A stretch of 26,649 nucleotides of DNA from a virus (Duplodnaviria; Caudoviricetes): positions 1-26,649 of the IMG/VR virus record IMGVR_UViG_3300030037_000043, one strand, 5' to 3'. The notes beneath the pieces are model-generated. The model did not search any database and had not been told where the DNA came from. It was given only the letters and a program-made list of their open reading frames with translations. Position 1 is the stretch's first letter. Each line of letters opens with the position of its first letter. Position numbers and translations under genes: made by a program. This document shows positions 18,119 through 25,063 of the stretch, piece by piece.

Positions 18119-19117
18119 ATGGCCAGTTCAAGTGTGCTACACGCACTCAGTACGATGGCGAGCCAAGGTGGCAATTACTATGGCCGTCTGCACCAAACGA
18201 GTCTACAAGAGGGTCGGATTAAGTCAGCCCAGGAAGAGGCTGCTCGTGTTCGGCAGGAAAGCCGGGAGTATCAGGAAGGGAAGACCGCAGAGGCCCAGGC
18301 GCACGCCGCTGGTGTACGGAAGGAAGGCTGGGAGCGACAAGACGCTTCTCAGCAGGAAAGTCGGGAGTATCAGGAAGGTAAGGTGTCGGCTTCTAATTCG
18401 GCTGCGCTTGCTGAGAAGGGTATGTCGCGTGAGTTCAAGACCTATTACGATAAGGAAGGCAACGCGACGACTGTCAGCTTTGACGGTCACGGGCGGCCTA
18501 TGAATATGACTGAAGATGAGCTAATGGGCTTGAGTAGTGCTCAGCCTAAAGGCGGCGTTGGTGGGCGTGGCGGCAAGAAGACAGTTAAGCAGATAGATAT
18601 GGAAAAGCGCTTTAAGGACGCAGAGGGCGCTCTCGATATTATGAAAGGGCTTGAGGCAGACGGCTACGATCCCTCTGCGACCAGTTCGCGTATCTTCGAT
18701 AACATCGCGTCATCTTCAGGCTTCACTAACTGGATGGCGTCGTCTGAAGGGCAGTCGTACAAAGCTGCTGCTTCCAAGGTGGTCGAAGCCTTCCTCCGTG
18801 ATGCCACAGGTGCAGCCGCGCCTGAACCGGAACAAGCCCGATACGCTTATATGCTAACGCCGCAGGCCGGTGATAGTGAGGCGACCGTTAAAACGAAACG
18901 GAAACTATTGGAGCAGTCGTTGACCTCTATCGGTGAAGCTGCGGGTATGGATCAGGCTGCACTACGGAAACGCTTTGAGGCCCAAGTCGATGCCGGAGCC
19001 CGTGAGGGTGGCTTCTATAAGGAGAAGGAAAGAGCACCGCTAAGCGGCGGGCGTAATGGACGACGGGCCGCGCCTGAGACCCCATCTGCGGCTGACTACG
19101 CATCTAAATACCTATAA
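18119..19117 (+). CDS. internal virion / DNA transfer protein
   Basis: 332 aa, AAGGAGG RBS; LR.ATGAA motif and C-terminal DYASKY typical of ejection proteins; internal QESREYQEGK duplication. Confidence 0.65.
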   Translation: MASSSVLHALSTMASQGGNYYGRLHQTSLQEGRIKSAQEEAARVRQESREYQEGKTAEAQAHAAGVRKEGWERQDASQQESREYQEGKVSASNSAALAEKGMSREFKTYYDKEGNATTVSFDGHGRPMNMTEDELMGLSSAQPKGGVGGRGGKKTVKQIDMEKRFKDAEGALDIMKGLEADGYDPSATSSRIFDNIASSSGFTNWMASSEGQSYKAAASKVVEAFLRDATGAAAPEPEQARYAYMLTPQAGDSEATVKTKRKLLEQSLTSIGEAAGMDQAALRKRFEAQVDAGAREGGFYKEKERAPLSGGRNGRRAAPETPSAADYASKYL

Positions 19118-19126
19118 GGAGGCCGC

Positions 19127-21238
19127 ATGGAGTATTCACGCGAACAATACATTGATGCACTTCGTAAGGCGCACGATGCTGGCGATGAAGCGGCTGTCGT
19201 TTCTATCGGTCAGCAGCTCGACGCTATGCCTGAAAAGCCTGCTGCTCTCGAAGGCACCTATGAGCATCCATTAGGTTTCGAGTTAGAACGCGACGGTAAC
19301 GCCTATCAAGCCCTTGTCGGTGCAGGAGAAGTCGTCGGTTCTGCTGTCGATGGCGTTCAAGACCTCTACCTACGCGGCTTCGGCACCGATGAAGAGGTCG
19401 CTGCTCACAATAAGCGGGCTGACGCTGATGAGGCCATCTATGATGAACTGGCAGAGTACTCACCGGCTGCACGTTACGGCAATGTCGGCGGTGAGGTTGC
19501 ACTCGGTCTCGCTACAGGTGTCGGTACAGGCGCGATAGCACGCGGAGCTACGACTGCTCTTACAGGAGGAGCCAGGGTGGCTGCCGGTATGGGCGTTGCT
19601 GCTACTGAAGGTGCGGTCGTTGAAGGTGTTCGTAATCGCGGTGACGCCCTTGATCGGGTACTTGCTGCGGGTGAAGGTGCTGCCTTCGGTGCCGCTGGCC
19701 AGGGCGTTATGGACATCGCCGGTAAAGCTATCGGTGCTACAGGGCGTCGTGTCCTCAAGAGCGGCGTCAAGAATCAGATTGTCGGTGCGGGGGATGAAGC
19801 AGCAGAGGCGAGGAAGCTACAAGCCTCCCGCGACGGCGGCTTCCTTCTGGATGATGCCGATGCCTACGTTGATCGTACCGCCATTGCTCGTCGTGACGCT
19901 TTACGCCGCGATGGTGGCGATGGCGGCTCTGCACTTGCTGCCCGTCATGCTGGAGCTGAAGATGATGTAACGGCGGCGGCCCAACAGTTCGTCGATAACG
20001 GCGCAGAAGGGGCGGCTAAGCTCGATCTGAATGCACGCTCTGATAACTTGGCGAGTGGCTTACGGTCACAACGCGCCTCTGCCTGGGCTGAAGTCGATGG
20101 CGCTTACGAGCAATGGCGTATGCACCCTGATATTGAGTCGGCACCCCTTGAGACTGCCCCGATTCAGGAGAGGCTGGGTGAGGTCTTCAAGTTATCGAAG
20201 AACACCGCTGACGGCTCAATCCATAGGAAGCTGCGCGGTCTACTTGACCAGTATGGTGTGACTACTTCAGGGCTCAGTGAAGTGGAAGTACCACTCACTG
20301 CTAAGACTTATGAAGACCTCGTTATCGGTATCAACGGCCTCTACAGCCACAATAACAATTCAGCCTCTAAAGTGTTAATGCACGATGTCCGTGAGTTACT
20401 GGAAGAGGCTAAGTTCAACATGATGGACTCAGCACCCGGTGCATCGCGGGAGGCTATCGAACTCGGTGAAGCTGCCCGTTCCACCCGTAAAGCCTTCGCT
20501 AAGGAATGGGAGCGGGGCGACATCGTTGATAAGTTAACCAGCAAGACGCCAAGCGGTGAGGAGTACCGAGCTAAACCTGTCGATGCTGTTCGTCATCTAA
20601 TGAACCCGCGTAATCTCGACGACCTCAAAGGTATCAAAGACAAGATGGCTTTAAGTAAGTCACCGGAGCATAAGCAGTTCTGGTCAGACGTGCAGGCAGC
20701 CCCTTTATTTGAGGCGATGGAGAAGGCGACTAAGGGAGGTCGTGTCACTTCTACTGGCGCACCTATCTTTAACGATAAGGCGTTCATCAATGAGTTCTCG
20801 AAGTACACGGACAGCCAACTCACAGCGCTCTACGGTGCTGATTGGGTGAAGTCGTTGAAGAAGGCCGGTAAGGCATGGCGTCTGCGTGAAGCCCGCCCTG
20901 ATTGGCAGTCTAATATGAACCCTTCAGGCTCCGGCGAGATGGCGCATAGTCTCGCTTCAGCGGGTATTCGTATTGCAGCCTCCAGAGGCGCAGGTGGCTC
21001 TATTCTCGCTATCCCTGCTGCGATGAGTGGCTTAGGTCAATGGGCAGCTAAACGCACCGCTGGTAAGGACACGGCGAAGCTACTAGCGGGCAAGCTTCCC
21101 AGTGCTTCCACTCGACTCACTGAGGGTCAGGTAGCCGCTGCTTTGAAAGAAGCATGGCCGAACCCTCAGTTCCTCCAGTTCGAGAGTGCCTTCGCAGGCA
21201 TGGCGCGGGCCTGGGTGCGCTCAGACTCACCTGAATAA
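19127..21238 (+). CDS. large internal virion / DNA transfer protein
   Basis: 703 aa, AAGGAGG RBS; N-terminal ALRKAHDAGD..A motif and Gly/Ala-rich membrane-like stretches; last gene of the late operon. Confidence 0.7.
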   Translation: MEYSREQYIDALRKAHDAGDEAAVVSIGQQLDAMPEKPAALEGTYEHPLGFELERDGNAYQALVGAGEVVGSAVDGVQDLYLRGFGTDEEVAAHNKRADADEAIYDELAEYSPAARYGNVGGEVALGLATGVGTGAIARGATTALTGGARVAAGMGVAATEGAVVEGVRNRGDALDRVLAAGEGAAFGAAGQGVMDIAGKAIGATGRRVLKSGVKNQIVGAGDEAAEARKLQASRDGGFLLDDADAYVDRTAIARRDALRRDGGDGGSALAARHAGAEDDVTAAAQQFVDNGAEGAAKLDLNARSDNLASGLRSQRASAWAEVDGAYEQWRMHPDIESAPLETAPIQERLGEVFKLSKNTADGSIHRKLRGLLDQYGVTTSGLSEVEVPLTAKTYEDLVIGINGLYSHNNNSASKVLMHDVRELLEEAKFNMMDSAPGASREAIELGEAARSTRKAFAKEWERGDIVDKLTSKTPSGEEYRAKPVDAVRHLMNPRNLDDLKGIKDKMALSKSPEHKQFWSDVQAAPLFEAMEKATKGGRVTSTGAPIFNDKAFINEFSKYTDSQLTALYGADWVKSLKKAGKAWRLREARPDWQSNMNPSGSGEMAHSLASAGIRIAASRGAGGSILAIPAAMSGLGQWAAKRTAGKDTAKLLAGKLPSASTRLTEGQVAAALKEAWPNPQFLQFESAFAGMARAWVRSDSPE

Positions 21239-21257
21239 CCATTAACAGTTCCTCTTT

Positions 21258-21296
21258 GACCACTCAATACCTTCGGGTTGCGGGTGGTCTTTTTTT
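21258..21296 (+). terminator. intrinsic terminator of the late operon
   Basis: GACCACTC...cTTCGg...GGGTGGTC stem followed by T7. Confidence 0.85.
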
Positions 21297-21330
21297 GCTA
21301 CACAATCGCGAGCCATCATGGAGACCACAT

Positions 21331-21522
21331 TTGCGCCTATTACTCGTTACAGCATTACTCATTATTCTCACGGGCTGTATGCCTACAGGCTACACGCAAC
21401 AACAATGGGCAACTAAGCCACTAGCCCAGGTAGAGGCTATCTGTAGCGCGGAAGTCAGCTCTAATCCTCTCGCCAGTTACGAGTTATGTATGGAAGCTAA
21501 CGGCTGGAAAGGGTACTACTAG
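21331..21522 (+). CDS. small lipoprotein (63 aa; lipobox LTG|C)
   Basis: TTG start at 21331 with GGAG 7 nt upstream; MRLLLVTALLIILTGC is a signal peptide II; two further Cys in the mature part. Confidence 0.75.
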   Translation: MRLLLVTALLIILTGCMPTGYTQQQWATKPLAQVEAICSAEVSSNPLASYELCMEANGWKGYY

Positions 21523-21525
21523 CAC

Positions 21526-21550
21526 AAAAAGGGAACCCGTTAAGGTTCCC
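21526..21550 (-). terminator. intrinsic terminator ending the minus-strand transcript
   Basis: Minus strand: GGGAACC-TTAACG-GGTTCCC-TTTTT. Confidence 0.85.
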
Positions 21551-21762
21551 AATAGTGGAGCGCGTTGTTCACTAATTAGTCCTGGTTACTAGCATCCAGG
21601 GTAGCTATTACGCTGCTACAGCCATACGGCACGCCTCCGCTTTCACAGAGGAGAATCCCGACTCTCGGTGCGCATCCAGTAGGTTACTCCCACCAGTCCG
21701 AGTGATACCTGTAGTTTCAGGTCGCAGTTTGAGCATCGTAGAGAGGCTTGCCGGGTATTAGG
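21551..21762 (-). ncRNA. candidate structured non-coding RNA (family not identified)
   Basis: About 210 nt without an ORF. At least seven abutting stems, a GAAA tetraloop, and several pairs that are G-U only on the minus strand. Ends directly at a terminator. Confidence 0.6.
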
Positions 21763-21975
21763 TTAAGCGAGTTGCTTGGCTTCAAGTGTGCGCGTCGCGG
21801 GGCAACAGACGCACGCCTGCTGTACCGCGTAGACATCGAAGTAGTCGAACTCAATACCACCGCCAAGACACCACGGCTTGCTGAAGCTACGCAGGTAGGT
21901 ACGGTGGCCTTCCTTCCAGATGTGCTTACAGCGTCGTGTTGTGAGCCGGGTGTAGAAGCGCTTGAAGACGTTCAT
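21763..21975 (-). CDS. small Cys-rich hypothetical protein
   Basis: 70 aa, ATGA-coupled to the upstream gene; CxH...CxxC possible Zn-binding pattern. Confidence 0.7.
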   Translation of the reverse strand: MNVFKRFYTRLTTRRCKHIWKEGHRTYLRSFSKPWCLGGGIEFDYFDVYAVQQACVCCPATRTLEAKQLA

Positions 21976-22562
21976 ACACCCTTACCTTCAGCCTCATGGG
22001 CCTTCGACACGATCAAGGCGGCTTCTGCTTTTGTCGAGGCGACCGCTGCCTCTTCTGCCGTTTGCTGCCATGCTTCTACCTGCTGGACGAGGGCGGCTAG
22101 TCGATCTTCAGCAGCCTCCTTAGCACTCCCTTCAGGCTCAAAGCCAATCAGTAGATCAATGCAATGCTTCGCCTTCCGTAAGTCCTCAATACCGCCCTTG
22201 TCACGAAACCGCGTAATGTACTTAATCGCGGTGTGCTGGCAGGCATCCAGGCCGTTCTTCATGCTGTATTCCATCGGCTGAATAGCGAGGTGCTTGTAGT
22301 GGTCGCCGCCTTCCTGAACGTCCAGCGCTGATGCTTCGACCTCCAGGTTTGCCGCTATTGCCATTGAGGTTTCAGCTATGTGGACGTGCCCTTGCCGACT
22401 CTCACTCCACCGTCTGAATGACTCACTCCACTCATTAGGCGTCGCGTCGTTTAACGACTTGCGTACTGCGGCATCGGGTGTGCCTTCCCCTTTCCCCACC
22501 AACGGGGCATCGACAGCACCCAATTCCTTACCTATCCGTGTTCCAACATTTCCGGTAGCCAT
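21972..22562 (-). CDS. DUF3310-domain protein (T7 gp1.7-like putative nucleotide kinase)
   Basis: GGDHYK...IQP.E....AIKYITR...KGGIEDLRKAKHCI signature; AAGGAG RBS located inside the exonuclease gene. Confidence 0.8.
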   Translation of the reverse strand: MATGNVGTRIGKELGAVDAPLVGKGEGTPDAAVRKSLNDATPNEWSESFRRWSESRQGHVHIAETSMAIAANLEVEASALDVQEGGDHYKHLAIQPMEYSMKNGLDACQHTAIKYITRFRDKGGIEDLRKAKHCIDLLIGFEPEGSAKEAAEDRLAALVQQVEAWQQTAEEAAVASTKAEAALIVSKAHEAEGKGV

Positions 22563-23332
22563 AACTTGATCTCCTTACTTCTTATATCGAAGTCTTCTGC
22601 GCGCAGTATTCGAGCGCATTGTGCTTGTTGAATAGCGTCGGCTTCGTTCAGCTTCTTAGAAGCGAATGCCTGCCATGTGATGTCCCATAGTTCCTCCCGG
22701 TCGGCACCGATGATGTCGAGTGCGTACTCCGAAGCAGGGCCGACTCCTTTCGCACCTGAGTAGCCGTCGGTAGCATCGCCGCAGATCGTCTGCCATAAGT
22801 GGAAGCGGTCGGCGTCCAGTTCGCTGATCTCGATAACGCCTAGTGAGGCGCGGTGAGGTGCGTAGAGGAAGCCGGGGATAGTTCGCATGTCCTTATCTTC
22901 AGAGACAATGATCTTCTTACCGGGGATCAGGTGCGGGTGAGTCGCCAGGACGCCCATTACATCGTCAGCTTCAAGTGCCGGGTAGCCCTTGCTCTCGTAC
23001 TCTTCTGCGTAATACAGCTTGAGAGCAGCAAGTAACTCAGGGCGTTCGACAGCCTTACGGTTGCCCTTGTAAGTAGGGAGTACGCCGTACCTGAAGTTGA
23101 ACTCCGGTGTCTGGGAGTCTGCTGTCGTACCACCTTGAGGGCCGTCGGATAGACAGAGGATTACCCGGTCTGCCTTCAGTAGCTCAGTGAACTCCGCGAC
23201 GACCTCATCGGCGGTAGCCAGGGCCGTGTCGATGTCACTCACCACCTTGCCGAATGCTGTAGCTTGTTCGTGTCTACAGGCGACTCGGTAGGCGATGATG
23301 TCGGTGTCGATCAGGAGTGTGGTGTCACTCAA
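22532..23332 (-). CDS. 5'-3' exonuclease (T7 gp6-like)
   Basis: LIDTD..AY, NFR..VLPTYKGNR, LEADDV, SEDKDM.TIPG and GD.TDGY.G..GVG motifs. Confidence 0.92.
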   Translation of the reverse strand: MSDTTLLIDTDIIAYRVACRHEQATAFGKVVSDIDTALATADEVVAEFTELLKADRVILCLSDGPQGGTTADSQTPEFNFRYGVLPTYKGNRKAVERPELLAALKLYYAEEYESKGYPALEADDVMGVLATHPHLIPGKKIIVSEDKDMRTIPGFLYAPHRASLGVIEISELDADRFHLWQTICGDATDGYSGAKGVGPASEYALDIIGADREELWDITWQAFASKKLNEADAIQQAQCARILRAEDFDIRSKEIKLWLPEMLEHG

Positions 23333-23535
23333 AGCTTGACCCTTACGCGGGCGTGGAGGTGCTGCTGCTGGACACCTGATAGCAACGCGCCGCTGCCATT
23401 GGTGTACAGATCGACCTCCATGTTCTTCGCCTTGGCTTCAGCCAGTATCTCGTTAAGTCTGTCTACGAGGCTTGTTACCTGCTGAGCAATGTAGCGTTCA
23501 GGCGCTAACGTGTGGTCTCCGCTGATTAGTTCCAT
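23329..23535 (-). CDS. hypothetical protein
   Basis: 68 aa filling the gap between the peptidase and exonuclease genes, with a tight junction and a 4-nt overlap. Confidence 0.7.
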   Translation of the reverse strand: MELISGDHTLAPERYIAQQVTSLVDRLNEILAEAKAKNMEVDLYTNGSGALLSGVQQQHLHARVRVKL

Positions 23536-23537
23536 AC

Positions 23538-23855
23538 CTACTTCACTCCGTTATATTCAAAAGAATAGTGATTGCCGTCTTTAAACCGACCGCCCCAGCA
23601 AGCGTCTGGGTGCAACGCTTCCCAGAACTCGCCTAACTCCTGATGGTCTTCAGTCTCCGTCAGGTACTCACCGTCTTTGAAGAGGTTGAAGTCCACAGCG
23701 AGTCGTACCCGGTGACAGCTACGCTCGTGGCCATCGGGATTCGTCGGGCTACGGTAGGCATCACCGAAGGTCAGCTCGTAGCCCAGGGAGTAGGCGTAGC
23801 GGATCAGCTTGCTAATACAGAGCGTGAACGCCCGCTGCTTACTGCCCAGGCTCAT
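23538..23855 (-). CDS. M15-family zinc peptidase, probable endolysin
   Basis: GDAYR, S.H..RLAVD.NL and WGGRF.DGNH match M15 (L-Ala-D-Glu type) phage endolysins. Confidence 0.88.
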   Translation of the reverse strand: MSLGSKQRAFTLCISKLIRYAYSLGYELTFGDAYRSPTNPDGHERSCHRVRLAVDFNLFKDGEYLTETEDHQELGEFWEALHPDACWGGRFKDGNHYSFEYNGVK

Positions 23856-24607
23856 AGCTCATCTCCGCAGGCGTGGACGGCTCCGCGATACCACTTGATA
23901 GCGTGGTCGTCCATATCGTAGAAACGAGGGAAGCGGAGTTTGAGCATTTGCCATGTACTCGGGTTTATATGCAGTTCCATATCCCGGTCGAAGAAGAACA
24001 GCGTGCCTACTTGTCGATACGTCGGGTTCCACTTGAGCAGTCGTGGCACCGGGTCACCGTCGAGAACAAAGCGGGCGAACTCAGTGTCAGGCAGCGCCTC
24101 GCATTCCTTCTTAAAGACCTTGCCGCCTACGGGTGGTGCGCCAAAGGTGATGCAGTGATCGGGACGGTGTGTAGCGGCTGCAAGTTGAGCCAGAGCGCCG
24201 CCAAGGGAATGCCCGCAGTAGACGAAAGGCTTCGACTCCCGGTGGCCGTTAACCATAGCGAGGCGGCGCTCCATGACTTCAGTAGCAACAACATCGGAGA
24301 CATCACGCCACGCTTCCCAGAAGCCACGGTGAAGCTGTGAGCCGCTGAAGGCTTCTTTCTTGAGGAAGCGTAGGTCGGTTTTCAGGTCGTCGAACTCATT
24401 GGTGCCGGTGAACACGAGGTAGGTGTAATGAGAGTCTTCGACGACGTAGGCTTCAGTGCCACCTTCAGGGTCGTCGATAACACAAATGTCCTCAAAGCCT
24501 GCTTCCTTAAACGCATTCGCGCCCAGGTAGGCAAGCCGTGAGACATCTGCTGCTTGATAGTAGAGGTTCATAGGTGGTTCCATGTAGCGATTCATAGTTG
24601 GTTCCAT
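23852..24607 (-). CDS. class 3 lipase (alpha/beta hydrolase)
   Basis: VFTGT lid region, HRGF, nucleophile elbow GHSLGG, TFGAPPVG, catalytic D in DPVP and C-terminal H (DDH). The start may instead be ATG 24595, 24583 or 24571 because of a duplicated start region. Confidence 0.88.
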   Translation of the reverse strand: MEPTMNRYMEPPMNLYYQAADVSRLAYLGANAFKEAGFEDICVIDDPEGGTEAYVVEDSHYTYLVFTGTNEFDDLKTDLRFLKKEAFSGSQLHRGFWEAWRDVSDVVATEVMERRLAMVNGHRESKPFVYCGHSLGGALAQLAAATHRPDHCITFGAPPVGGKVFKKECEALPDTEFARFVLDGDPVPRLLKWNPTYRQVGTLFFFDRDMELHINPSTWQMLKLRFPRFYDMDDHAIKWYRGAVHACGDEL

Positions 24608-24614
24608 GTAGAGG
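24560..24614. repeat. 24-bp-period tandem duplication spanning the lipase start
   Basis: TTCATAG(G/T)TGGTTCCATGTAG at 24567-24587 and 24591-24611 (20/21 identical). Confidence 0.85.
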
Positions 24615-24640
24615 ATTAGGGTGTTGCGGGAGGAGGCGGG

Positions 24641-25063
24641 TTAGGGCGTTTCAGCCTTCCACCCTCGAATCCAACGACAGGCCGCAGACGGCGTGACATT
24701 GAAGTGCTGACTGAGCGCCGTCCCCGTACAGGCGGTCTCTTGCCAGAGGGCTTCTGCCTTAAGGCGGCGGGCTTTGTACCGCTCGCTATTGGTCTTGACT
24801 AAGTGAGTTGTTCTATCGAGGACTTGGAGGTGCTGCGGATTACTACAGGCTCTATTTCGGCAGATATGATCTACCTCGTAGCCTTCCGGTATTTCCCCGT
24901 TGTGCGCCCGGTAGATGAATCTGTGGAACATCTCGCAGATGTCGTCCCCAGATGCGCCGGTAAACCTTTTGCGAAAGTAGCCATCTGGGTTCAGCTTGTG
25001 CGATAGGGGAACAAAGCAGCCACCCTCAAACTCGACGAAGACTAACGGCCTGCGATTAGCCAT
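24641..25063 (-). CDS. free-standing HNH homing endonuclease with C-terminal HTH
   Basis: DGY..., HR.IY...GEIPEG.EVDHIC.NRAC.NP.HL (HNH_3 type). Start at ATG 25063 (TAATG overlap with the polymerase stop; AAGGAG RBS). Confidence 0.88.
   Translation of the reverse strand: MANRRPLVFVEFEGGCFVPLSHKLNPDGYFRKRFTGASGDDICEMFHRFIYRAHNGEIPEGYEVDHICRNRACSNPQHLQVLDRTTHLVKTNSERYKARRLKAEALWQETACTGTALSQHFNVTPSAACRWIRGWKAETP

Noticed and set aside
21256-21330. N-terminal extension of the 88-aa ORF in the track
   Set aside because: It runs through the terminator hairpin. TTG 21331 has an RBS and yields a proper lipoprotein signal peptide.
21556-21640. Canonical tRNA or tmRNA (CCA-like end, cloverleaf-like junction)
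   Set aside because: No GTTCRA T-loop, no D-loop GG and wrong arm sizes. Reported as an unclassified ncRNA candidate instead.
21748-22281. 177-aa plus-strand ORF
   Set aside because: Antisense to two coupled minus-strand genes, one of which has a recognisable DUF3310 domain.
23873-24340. 155-aa plus-strand ORF
   Set aside because: Antisense shadow of the lipase gene.
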